64,000 nt of DNA. It comes from the human T2T-CHM13v2.0 reference genome, Homo sapiens. Both the position numbers and the translations under genes were made by a program. Under the pieces are notes generated by a model. It made no database searches, was not told the origin of the DNA, and saw only the letters and a list, made by a program, of their open reading frames with translations. Below, piece by piece: positions 1-14,851 of this stretch (position 1 is the first letter of the stretch; each line of letters begins with the position of its first letter). The stretch lies in the NCBI RefSeq assembly GCF_009914755.1, contig NC_060930.1, one strand, 5' to 3'.

Positions 1-173
1 CACAAAACATTCTTGTTGCATTTGAAAAGATCAGCCTCAATAATCTATACTGCTTTGGCTCTTTGGAATTGAGAACATCCATATCTCTATATATGTATAA
101 TCTAAAATATCACTTTACCAGCACCAAGATTTTACAGAATTTTGTATATAACAGAGAAAAATAAAAAGTCTTA

Positions 174-468
<295 letters not shown>

Positions 469-515
469 AAAGCCTTATGTGTTTAGGTTGCCTTGATGCC
501 TTGATGAATCATTAG

Positions 516-893
<378 letters not shown>

Positions 894-1514
894 TAGTAAT
901 ATTGGGAATGAGTAATGAGATGGGAGATGGGTATAGTTTTATTTTTTATAAATTGATAGAAAAAATTTTGCGTAAATGTTTTCTAAGCAATTATGAACCA
1001 ACTTTTCCTGAAAGTAGATCATCTTAGGAAAAAATAGTTATGGAAGTTGAGAACATCGACACTGATTCCTTCCCAAAAAATCTGGGCCTTTGTATAGGTG
1101 ACCCATCGTGGCTCCACAGCTTCCTTCTTGCAGACAGATGTGGGAGAAGTGGTTCCCAAGGACCGCTGGGATGGTTAGTGGAAGTGAGTAGGAAGAAATA
1201 TTATGGTTTCCTATTACAGGTGAAGATAGAACAAACTGGGAGGCAAACAGAGCAAGAGGAGCCCCTGGTTATGGGTGGAAAGAAGTCCTGTGATTGTCTT
1301 AAGCATTGGAGTGGCTATTGTTAACGCAACTCCATCACTTCCTTCACCCTGCACACTTCAGATACCAGTTTTAACTGTGTTCCTAATTGCAATACACCAA
1401 AGGTTATGGACAGAGTTACACTTACAGAAGTAATTTATGAAGAATATATATTTAGGTTTTTCATAAATCTAATTCTTTATCATCTGTACTTTACAAATAA
1501 AGATTGAGAGTAGA

Positions 1515-1910
1515 TTAAAAAGTGTGGTATATGTACACCATGGAATACTACTCATCCATAAAAAGGAATGAAATAATGTTTTTTTGCAGCAACTTGGATG
1601 GAGCTGAAGGCCATTTTTCTAAGTAAAGTAACTCAGGAATGGAAACCCAAATATCGTATGTTCTCACTTATAAGTGGGAGCTAAGCTATGAGGATGCAAA
1701 GGCATAAGAATGATATAATGGACTTTGGAGACTGAAGGGGAAAGGGTGGGAGGGGAGTGAGGGATAAAAGAAGACACATTGGGTACAGCATACACTGCTC
1801 AGGTGACAGGTGCTCCAGAATACCAGAAATCACCACTAAAGAACTTGTCCATGTAATGAAAAACCGCCTGTACCCCAACAACTATGGAAATTTTTAAAAT
1901 AAAATAAAAA
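1515..1910 (+). mobile_element. LINE-1 3' end, L1PB-like, 5'-truncated
   Basis: ORF2 end/3'UTR motifs (GCAGCAACTTGGATGGAGCTG, GTTCTCACTTATAAGTGGGAGCTAAG, ATCACCACTAAAGAACTT), A tail, TSD aaataaagattga/aaataaaggttga. Confidence 0.9.
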
Positions 1911-2647
1911 TAAAGGTTGAATTGCTAGATAACAACCCAGTGAGGCTGTTACTGTCTTTCTGGTCTTTCTCCAAAAAATGAGAAATCTATAAATATTCAG
2001 AAGCTTTGTCTACATCAAAGTGACCAACAGAACTTTGCAAATGAGAAACAGCAAATATTTGCAAGATAATTGGCATTTCATTCTTAGAGAAAGCTGTTTT
2101 CTAACAACAATAGTTTAGCATTTTTGCTCTCATTTTATTTAAAAGTAGACCCAATGGAGAAACTGTAGTTTAGAAGAAAAGACAGTATGAAAAGGAAGCC
2201 ACTTTCCCCTCTCATCTCCATACATAATGTATGATTGTGGGAGAGCTCTCTGGGGAAACAAACAGGCAATTGATTGCAATGACTATTCTCTATTTATTCC
2301 AGTGATAAAAATGAAAGACTGGACTCCACATCAGATTTTTTTTATTAAAGAACTTAAAGAAAAATGGTTTATTTGATGTCTTATTACATCATAAACACTT
2401 AACAAATTTCTAAGCATTCATTTTATTTTAGCATAATACCACTACTTAATGGATTGATTTTTTAATTGTAGGAAATTCAGGTATTTGTTTTCAATCCTGA
2501 TTTTTTAAATTCTATAGTTGCTTTTCCCTGAAGTAAAAATAAATGTGACAATCATAAATGGAGTGGGGAGGTAATGCATGCCTACATACACATTTAATCG
2601 TTCAGTCAGGATGCTCATTATATATGTGCATTTGTATCTACTTTTAT

Positions 2648-3100
2648 CTGTCAAAATGCTTTAGGCTGCTGGTAATAGAAAACTCAGCTCAAAGTGGTTT
2701 AAACAGCAAGGAAAATGCATTATCTCCCACAACGCGAAGTGGGGCACCTCCGGGGTTGGACAATTCTGTAGCTCAACTGTGTCATCAAGAATATAGTTTT
2801 CTCTCTTCTTTCTTCTGTGCCTTCGAGGACACGTAGCCTGTGTATTCCCACTGGCTTCTTTATGGTTGCAAAATGGCTGTTGTAAGTACACTTATGTCAC
2901 TCAGGACACCATCTGATTTCCAGTGGTAGAAGAGTCCATCTCTTTTCCGGTATCTTTCTCTTTTTAGGAGCCAGGCAACCTCTCCGGAAGCTGGGGTCCT
3001 ACCTCAAGTCTCATTAGCAAGGATTGGGTTATATGTCTCTGCCTACAACACTCACGATCAAAGACAGTAGGAATGCCCTGATTGGTTTAGAGAGTTCAGG
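2648..3100. mobile_element. old MaLR LTR (MLT1J/K-like)
   Basis: resembles MLT1 motifs (GTAATAGAAAACTCAGCTCAAAGTGGTTTAAAC, GTTGCAAAATGGCTG, CTCATTAGCAAGGATTGGGTTATATG). Confidence 0.6.
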
Positions 3101-3394
3101 TTAACCCTTAAGCTCCATTGGGGGTGGGGAAGTAGTATATTCAACAAAATTTTGGATTGATGAGCAGGGAAACTTGGAGTCAGGAGGTGGTCTGAGGTGG
3201 CTGTTGGGGAGGCAACAATACCAAACATTTATTAGCCTAAGTATAGCTCTACGAAGTATGAATGTTACTAATTCTGAAATGTTCCTTGTGGTTTTAGGCA
3301 CCCTAGCCTTTAAAATGAGCAATCTAGAATTTGGACACCATGTTGCTTTATTTTCTTAATGACTATCAGAAAAGGTTTATGTACAAAGTTGTTT

Positions 3395-3851
<457 letters not shown>

Positions 3852-5020
3852 CAAAAATTGCAATTAGAATGTTGTAATCCCTCTCCAATCACAGTGTATG
3901 TTTTTATATTGCAAACTGAATATGTACATTCCTGTATCTTTTTGTACACACATGGTTCCATTCCATCACCTGAAATAGGAGAAAACCACAATAGTTATTG
4001 TCCACTCTTCCATTAAGGTGGTTCTGTGACATGGTGCAAAGAAGAGGTTTGATCATGTCATACTCCGATGTAACCTCAGGATAGAAAAACACAGCTGGAA
4101 AAACACCTGTAAGCACCACAATAACATAAAAAAATTACCCAAGCATTGGGCCAAGACTGGCAGACACAAAGCAGGGAAAATTCAAGTGCAAGAAACATTA
4201 CATTTCAAGCTAGTACAGACTGGTTTGAAAACTGTAAGAGGATTCATCCTCTAACCTCTAAACATACAATTTTTGATGTGCCTGCAAAAATTATATCATG
4301 AATAATTGAAGTCGATTGTGAAGAGTTACCTACTCCAGCAGGGTTTTTGATATGGACTATTTCAATTTATTTTAGAATTTATATAGATATGTATGATATC
4401 TTTTTTCAGATATGTAACCCCTGGAGGTGTTGAGATTTAATAGTATTTTTAATAGCACTGAATATTTTACTTATCCGTTATTTCTAATACTTATTAAGCA
4501 CCCTCACCCTTAAATTCTAAGAGACAAAACTGTCAAAGAAATCACAATTCCTCCTTTTAAGTATCTTATGGTCTAGAATAAATGCTGAGACACCCATGTG
4601 AGCAATTATAATTCAAGGTTGTGTGGGATGTCTCAAGAGTAGTACAAACAAAATATTGTGGCAAATTCAATAGAAGATAGACATTCTGAGAAGATCAGAG
4701 AATAGCCCATGAAAGAAGTGGTATTGGACCTGAGCTTGTCAAATGGATTTGGGGAGGTGGATAAGACTCCCCAGAGGTTCCAGCCACAGGATTAGGTCAT
4801 GGTACAGTTAGCTGGAGCCATTACCAAGGTGTTCTTCAAGTGAGCGTTTTATGCTCCACCAGCATTTGACTTTAGCTCTTTTTCTCCATAAAAACATTGT
4901 TCTACAGTTTAATGTTTTTATGGAGAAAGACAGCATGCTTATTTAAATTGGTTTGTAGTACAAAGCAGGTAGAAATAGAGACTACACTTAATGACAGAGA
5001 AAAAAATCCAAGAAAATCTT

Positions 5021-5329
<309 letters not shown>

Positions 5330-5888
5330 TTAACTGGCTAAAATGACTGATGGGTTCTAACATGATAAAAATTTTAAAATAAATGTAAACTCTTAACTTT
5401 GATTTTTTTCAAGAAATTTCTGCCCAAGTACAGGATAGAATTGCCCTGGCTTAACAACAACTCACATAAAAGACTTGGGGAGGGTTAGTGGACTACATGT
5501 GACATGTCTACCCTAATGCTGATGCAAACTGTATTCATTTAGCCTAAAATGTATCATTCAACAAACATTTTTAAATTAACACTCGGGCAAAAAGTACTAT
5601 ACAAGGAAGTGGAGGTGTAACAATTGATAAAAATGATCCCAGTCCTAAGAGACATATAGCTTATATAGCTTATGATAGAGGTGAACAAACAAATACTAAA
5701 CGTATAACACCAGAGTTATACCTCAACAAAGCTGTTTAAAAAAAAAGTGACATCCAAATTTAGCAAACAGCTTTATTGAGATATAACTTGTATGCCTTAT
5801 AATTTATTCATTGAAAGTATACAATTCCATGACTTCTCATATATTCACAAAGTTGTGCGACCAACACCATAATATAACGTCAGAGCAC

Positions 5889-6210
<322 letters not shown>

Positions 6211-6496
6211 TAACCATCAGTAGTCATTTCCTGTTCACCCCTAACCCAGCCCCTAAGCAACCACTAATCTACTTCCCATCTCTATAGATCTGCCTATTCT
6301 GAATATTTTATATAAATGAAATTACACGATATGTGGTCTTTTGTGACTGGATTCTTTCACGCACCACAATTCTTTGAGGCTCATCCATTTTCTATCCTGT
6401 GTCAGTGTTTCATTCATTTTTATTGCTGAATAATACCTCATTGTATGGATAGACCACACTTAATACGAACATTTGAATATTGATCAATATAAGAGA

Positions 6497-6645
6497 TTTT
6501 TGTTTCTTTTTCTTTTCTTTTTTTTTTCAGAAATTGAGTTTCACTATATAGCCCAGGCTAGTCTCCAACTCCTGGGCTCAGATGAGCCTCCTGCCTCAGC
6601 CTCCCAAGTATTTGGGACTAGAGGTGGGTGCCACTGCTCCTAGCT
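6497..6645 (-). mobile_element. Alu monomer (FLAM-like)
   Basis: single ~130 bp monomer with T tail. Confidence 0.8.
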
Positions 6646-8104
6646 ATAAGTTTTTATGCCAATATATGTTTTATTTCTCTTAGGTATACATCTAGGCCAT
6701 ATAGTAACTCTGTGTTTAACATTGTTAGACATTGTCGAATACTGACAGTTTTCCAAAGTGCACCCTTGCGGCACCCTTTTACATCCTCACCAGCGCTATG
6801 TAAACAGGTTTCGAATTTTTCCACATTCTTGTGAACACCTGTCAATTTCATCTTTTTTATTATAGCCACTCTAGTGGGTGTCAAGTGGTATCTCATTGTG
6901 GTTTTGATTTGAATTTCCCTAATGCACTTTGTCCATTTGTCTTCTTTGAAAAAAATGTCTATTTGGATCTTTTGCCCATCTTAAATTGAGTTATTTATCT
7001 TATTATTAGTGATTTTTAAGAGTTATTTATTTATTCTGAATACAAATTCCTTATCAAATATATGATCTGCAAATATTTTCTCCCATTCTGTAGGTTGTCT
7101 TTTCACATTCTATTTTGTACTGTTTGCTACACAAAAGTTTTTAATTGTGTAAGATCTAACTTACCTATTTTTTCTTTTGTTGCTTGTGTTTTGGTGCCAT
7201 ATCTAAGAAACCACTGCCTAACCTAAGATCATGAAGGTTTACTTCTATGTTTTCTTCTAGGAGCTTTATGGCTTTAGCTCATATATTTGTGTCTATTATC
7301 CACCCGGAGTTAACTTTTCTGTGTGGTGTGAGAAAAGCGCTCAACTTTATTCTTTTGCATGTGGATATTCAGTTAATTCCAGCATTATTTGTTGAAATGT
7401 CTATTCTTTACTCACTTAATTGTTCTGACATCCTTGTTAGCAATCAATTGACCATACATGTTAAGGTTTATTTCTGGACCCTCAACTCTATTCCATTGAT
7501 CTATGTCTCCTCTTATGCCAGTTCCATGCTGTCTTGATTATTGAAGCTGTGGACAAAATTTTGGAATTGGGAAGTGTGACTCCTCCAACTTTGTTCTTCA
7601 TTTTCAAGATGGTTTTTCCTAATCTGAGTCCATTGTATTTTCATGATCAGCTTAGGACAACAAATTTTTAAAAGAATATTCATAAAGTGGAGTGGATCCA
7701 GAGGACATTAGAAGAAAGATTACAACAACTTGTGATGTTTAATCTGCAAGATGAAATATAAAAGTGGAATGCAAGAGATGACTTCACAGGCTTAAAATGT
7801 TGCTGTAATGTAGAAAATGATTTCAGTGAATTCTTTATTGCCCCAGATAGTTAAAATGATAGAAAGGTGAACATAAGCTCAGTATAAGGACGACCTTTAA
7901 TACAACTAAACTCATTCATAAATAACTCACATTTTCTCACACACTGGCCCACCCAACCTTGAAGAGAGTCAAGTCTAGGCAAGATGACCTGTTCATCAGG
8001 AATGTTGTAGAAGAAATGTCATCATTGGAAGGAAGAAGATATAACTCTTTGATACGTGAGCATGAATAGCAGTGAGAAATGGATGCTGTCAGTGACTGTT
8101 ACCT

Positions 8105-8257
8105 AATTAATCGTCCAACCATACGAGATGGATACTATTATTATTCATTTTGCTAGATAAGGAAAAAGGCTAGCAACTTGTCTAGCAGCACACAGTTAAA
8201 AAGTGACAAAGCTTGTCCTTGAACCCAATTCTGTTTGACACCAAAGTCCATGCTCTT
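8105..8257 (-). mobile_element. MIR SINE
   Basis: CAACTTGTCTAGCAGCACACAG...TGAACCCAATTCTGTTTGACACCAAAGTCCATGCTCTT antisense MIR core. Confidence 0.7.
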
Positions 8258-8269
8258 ACTCGGTATGAT

Positions 8270-8860
8270 CTGGACAAGAGTTGTAGTGGCAGATAGAGGA
8301 AAAGAAATTAATATGAAAGATCACATCAAGGAAAAGGGACAGGAGCCATTGAATTGGCTGAATGTTGTCATTGACTAAGAGTATGTTACCAAAGATGAGT
8401 TTGAGGTTTCAAGCTTTAATAAGTAGGAGAGAAGGGAGGATTTATTAATAAGAATATGGAAGGCAATAGGTAAAACAGGTTTTGGTGGATGTGAAAAACA
8501 AGCTCATCCATTCAACAGGCAACTGTCGATATTCAGACTTGGGCTCGGGCCTACTGGCTCAAGAAGACATGGTTTGATCCTTCTTCTAGGTGAGTCAAGG
8601 ATAACTGATTCTGAGGCTCTGAACCTGAAGTTCTAGGGAACAGAAGTAAGATTAACAGAAAGATAATCTGAAAGGAGACACTCTTTGGGGAAGAAACTGA
8701 TACTCGGTGTTGTCGGGTATGTTAAATTTGAGCTGACAGTAAAACATGCAACTATGCAGAAGACAATTAAGATGTGGGACAGAGCCTTAGATGAGTAGAT
8801 GGGATTGGCCCTCAAGAGGTGGCTGAAGACAAAGTATTAAATCTCTAAGCCAAAGATTGT
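8270..8860 (-). mobile_element. degraded L2 fragments
   Basis: purine-rich L2-like stretches (AAAGATGAGTTTGAGGTTTCAAGCTT; TGTTAAATTTGAGCTG). Confidence 0.45.
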
Positions 8861-9009
8861 GAGGAAGGAAAATCAGAGGACTTGGCACTTAGCTTTTCAT
8901 CCTACAACCCCACTGTGCATCACCTAAAACTTGCAATGTGTACCTCAAAGATTTCCTAAAGTCAGTGCCCACGAGAAACTAGCTTTTAGTGTTTCTTTAT
9001 TCAGAACTC

Positions 9010-9540
<531 letters not shown>

Positions 9541-9599
9541 TCAAGCAGACCAGAACCTTCACCCACCCAGTGTCCACCTTTTTTCCTTTCTTCTTTCTC

Positions 9600-9760
9600 T
9601 CTTTTTATTCTTTCATACGTTCATATCGTTGAAAAATGTATATTGTGTATGTACTATGTGCCAATCATTGGTGATACAGGTAGGAACAAGAATCAACTCC
9701 TGCTTTCATGGTGCTTACAGAGAAGAGATAATTAAAGACATTAAGCAATGAATTACATGT
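9600..9760 (-). mobile_element. L2 3' fragment
   Basis: TACTATGTGCCA...CCTGCTTTCATGGTGCTTACAG. Confidence 0.6.
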
Positions 9761-9780
9761 TAATTAAAACTATCTAAATC

Positions 9781-9909
9781 AGCCAGGCATAGGGGCTCAC
9801 GCCTGTAATCGCAGCACTTTGGGAGGCCAAAGAGGGAGGATTGCTTGAGGTCATGAGTTTGAGACCAGCTTAGGCAACACAGGGAGCTATGATGGCAGCT
9901 TCCTCTCTA

Positions 9910-9959
<50 letters not shown>

Positions 9960-10119
9960 AGCTGGACATGGTGGCACACACCTGCATTCTTAGCTACATG
10001 GGAGGCTGAGATGAGAGGATCTCTTGAGCCCAGGAGTTTGAGGCTGCAGTAAGCGATGATGGCACCACCGCACTCCAGACTGGGTGACAGAGTGAGACTC
10101 TGTTTCCAAAAAAAAAAAA
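9781..10119 (+). mobile_element. AluJ with expanded A47 internal linker
   Basis: AGGAGGATTGCTTGAG-type arms; A run 9911-9957. Confidence 0.93.
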
Positions 10120-10218
10120 CTAAATGTTCCTCCCTTTATGTGATCCACAGAGAAAAAGAAAAAAATACTAGAAAAAGAGAGGAAGTGAGCATTTGCTGTG
10201 AAATGAGTACCACTTAGG

Positions 10219-10398
10219 TTTTTTTTGGGTGGGGATAGGGATACAATTTGAGACAGGGTCTCACTCTGTAGCCCAGGCTGGAGTGCAGTGGTGCCCTCAT
10301 AGATCACTGCAGCTTTAAACTCCTGGGCTCAAGGAATCCTCTCACCTCAGCCTCCAGTGTAGCTGGGACCACAGGCACTGGCTTCACCATGCCCAGCC
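10219..10398 (-). mobile_element. Alu right monomer (FRAM-like)
   Basis: single right arm; perfect TSD taccacttagg 10208-10218/10399-10409. Confidence 0.88.
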
Positions 10399-10697
10399 TA
10401 CCACTTAGGCTAATTGCAGTATCCTAAGCTTGCCTTAGAATTACTATTTCTATTGAAAAGTACATTCTGAGTTGCAGTCCCTTTAAACCATCTCTTTAAA
10501 AAGCTAGCAAACTTAGCAAAGCTTTTTTTTTTTAGTTGATTCAAGTGTTAAGTTTGAATGTCATTGTGTGTGTGTGCATGTGTGTGTTTATACTGAATAT
10601 CCGTATTTGGCTTCTATCACTGAGGTTTCTGCAAAGCATCTAGGGCTTGGCAGGATCCCTTCCTTTGCTCAGGGCATATCTGGGCTAGTCTGAGTTA

Positions 10698-11110
<413 letters not shown>

Positions 11111-12411
11111 CTAACATCAGAAATATTATCTAAAATGTACCTGTAATGGGTCTGTGGGCTGTCTTCGGTCCCAGGTGAAGTAGAATAGTATCCATTTTGG
11201 GATAATCTGATAACAAGCACCAACAATACATGGATTCTCCCTCCTCCTTGCTCAATACCGCCATTCTATGATTTTGGCTCAGAAGTTTAATAAAAACAAT
11301 GGTCTACACCCCAGGAGCACTTGCGTCATAACGTGTCAATGGTAATCACATAACCAAACCCAATTCTGCAAAGAACGTAAGTGTTAAAAGACAATTGGTG
11401 TATGTGTATGGTGGAGGTGGATGGGGGTTGTAGGTAGATTAACAGCCCCTGATTGCTGACCTTATCTTATCATGTCATCTTAATCATTTGGCGTTAATCT
11501 CCTCAAATGTATTTAACTCACTGAAAGAAAAGACAAAATCAGAAAAATAAAATATCTCTAATCAAAAAGATATTTTCTGTTACTATCACTCCTTATTGTC
11601 CTTTTTAACCTACTCAATCATGGAGGCATAGCTAACACTATTATTTTTTCAGCATGATTATTTTCCACAGTATATGTTAAATTGATTAGAAACTGTATAA
11701 TTTTTAAAATATGTATTTGTGCGTGGTTTTACATGTCTAAATTATACATGAACTCAGCAGTTTCCAGGATATAATAACATGTCCAGGAGCCCTATGGTTG
11801 GCTCTTACACATATATTTTGATGAGTCAAACCTACAGCTCCTTGTATTTCAGCCCACTTACTCACAGGGACCAGTACAAACATGTTTGTAGCAATGCTAT
11901 TCAGTAAATAATAGTAGATGCAAAGAGTTGGAGAAGTCTTGCGAGTTAAGACCTTGACTCTCACAAGAACTCCTACTCTTCCACAATGGCCTTAAATTTT
12001 CCCCTTGGCTAGTTACACGTTATTTCTAGAACCTCTATTTTAAGTTTACTGGTGGACAAAGTCAATCAAACCTTATCGTGTCTCTCACTATTAAGGAAAA
12101 TGTAAAACATACATGCAGAGACACTGTAGGCTAGTTTTCTTCTTATATTTTAAAATTCCTTCTTTGTGTTCAAGGACTCTGAAGGACCCTGTTCATTCAT
12201 TATGAATATTAGGATTCAGAAAATAATGGTCTAATACAAGGACTCTTGGAGACTTCATAGCACCTTGGGGTTTGCATTTGCATGGCAAGGAGGGGTGTGG
12301 GTAGGAAATGGTGGCATGCAGGAAACTATCCCAAGCTATTCCAGAGGTCAGGGAACAGGAAGGAACACAGACTAAATTGGGCTGCTTAAATCACACAGTT
12401 TATTAAATTAA

Positions 12412-12705
12412 ATTTTTTTTTTTTTTGAGATGGACTCTTGCTCTGCCACCCAGGCTGGAGTGCAATGGCACGATCTCGGCTCACTGCAACCTCTGCCTCT
12501 GAGTTCCAGTGATTCTCCCGCCTCAGCCTCCTGAGTAGCTGGGATTACAGGCACCCACATCATGCCTGGCTAATTTTTGTATTTTTGTAGAGACAGGGTT
12601 TCACCATGTTGGCCAGGCTGGTCTTGAATCCCTGACCTCAGGTGATCCACCTGTCTCAGCCTCCCAGAGTGCTTGGATTACAGGCATGAGCCACCACACC
12701 CGGCC
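12412..12705 (-). mobile_element. Alu SINE (AluS)
   Basis: antisense dimer; 21-bp TSD tcacacagtttattaaattaa 12391-12411/12706-12726. Confidence 0.95.
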
Positions 12706-12967
12706 TCACACAGTTTATTAAATTAATTTAAAACACACAGGGAAAAGCAAGGGGAAGGAGATAGAGTCAGTTCGTAAGGATGGGTTGCAGGCAGGTGACA
12801 GCAACCGCTTCTTGACTTCTGGACTATGCAAGCTCCAAACGTCCTGTCTTTCTCTACACTAACAGTGTGGTCAGGAGACCAGAGTTGAGGTTTGAGCAAG
12901 GGGGCCCACAGACAGAAGGCCTGCTGGGCCAATGACACACATTTGCTATGTCAGAGAGATGCAGGGA

Positions 12968-13320
12968 TGCTATGGTTTGAATGTGCTCCCCAAAAAGCAT
13001 GTGCTGGAAATGCAATCCCTGATGCCACAGTGTTAGGAGGTGGGGCCTCATGGGAGGTGTTTAGATCACGAGGGTTCCATCCTCATGAATGGATTAATGT
13101 GGATTATAAAAGGGCTGGGGGCTGTGAGTTCCATTCTCTCTCTCCAACTTTCTCTCTGGCCCTTCCACCATGCTATGACAGCAACAAGACCCTCACCGGA
13201 TCTGGGCCCCTTGACCTTGGACTTCCCAACCTCTGGAACTGTGAGAAATACATTTCTATTCTTTATCAATTATCCCATCTGAGGTTATTCTGTTATAGCA
13301 GCAGAAAATGGACTAAGATA
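12968..13320 (+). mobile_element. MaLR solo LTR, MSTB-like
   Basis: TGCTATGGTTTGAATGTG...GGGAGGTGTTTAGATCACGAGGG...TTATAGCAGCAGAAAATGGACTAAGATA. Confidence 0.88.
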
Positions 13321-14400
13321 AGAAACAAGGACCCCCTGGCCAATTCACTTACTGAACAGTGAAAGGTTTTATCTGCATTTTTTTTTTTTAGCACAGTTCA
13401 TGTGAAACTCAGAATGAGACCATATTGAGTTACCAATGAATGGCTCATCTAGAGATGACTGAGCTGTCAGCCTAGAGATAGAATGATCAAGACATATGAC
13501 TTGACATTTCTATCTATAATATTCTTCCTTGTTCCAGCATATATTTCATGCATTCTGTTTATCTTTAACATGCCTCAGTATATACTACATTACTCTCTAT
13601 CTATACTTAATACATCCTATAAGTTTTGCCTATATCGCATAAGGTACCTGCTTACTTACCAACTATGCCCAGGGTTTATGATGGATTTCATTATTCCATT
13701 TTTTTTGTCCTCTACAGCAGAATTGAATATTCTCAAGTAATGTCATAAATTCACATTATAACCAGTGTCGATTCTGATATAAATTTTTATTCCCACATTC
13801 ATCAGGGAGCTAGAGAATTGAAAAAACCGCCATGCAAAGACACATCAGTTGTACATCTCCCTCATGGAGCTCACTTATCAACTATGAAACCCAAGAAGGC
13901 TAGACACAGCCTACCTGCTTTTAGGGCATGTGGTATCAGCAGACATGGGCAAAGGGACTGTCTAAAAATTCCCTGGACAGTAAGCTAGCTTTCCAGCAGA
14001 GCTAGTTGAAAGAGCCTGAAAATACCTGGCCCTCCATTTTCTCTCTGGCCTCCCCCTACCCTTCCAGGCCTCCTTGCTGTTCCTGCTTTATGACGGGTCT
14101 GCCATGTTTTCCAATGCACATTGTTCATAACACAATCCCAGTGGACACCACCTACATAGGGTACCATGAGAATAGCACACCCTGAAAATGGGCATCAGGG
14201 TGGCCCTAGCTAGAGCTTCTGCACTTGCTGTTTTGGGGCCTGGAATGCTCTTCCCCATATGACCTTACGGCTTGTTACTTTTTCTTCAAGTTTTTACTCA
14301 AATGTAACCTTCTCACTGAGTTTTATCACTTTATTTAAATTACAGCTATCACCTTCCACCTCAAAGCCTCCTATCCCCTTTTCCTAGTTTCACCCCATAG

Positions 14401-14730
<330 letters not shown>

Positions 14731-14808
14731 TAATATACCATATGAAGTTTTCCACACATTTTAGTCATTATATCTTACCCACCCTGTCCCTAATGTGTGT
14801 ATGTGTCA

Positions 14809-14812
14809 TACA

Positions 14813-14850
<38 letters not shown>
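14809..14850. repeat. (CA)n microsatellite
   Basis: directly visible. Confidence 0.95.

Positions 14851-14851
<1 letters not shown>

Noticed and set aside
8581-8600. TAG|GTGAGTCA donor-like and AP-1 site
   Set aside because: Isolated motif with no matching acceptor or supporting cluster
12892-13362. 156-aa ORF
   Set aside because: Lies mostly in an MST LTR, non-ATG start, no recognisable domain
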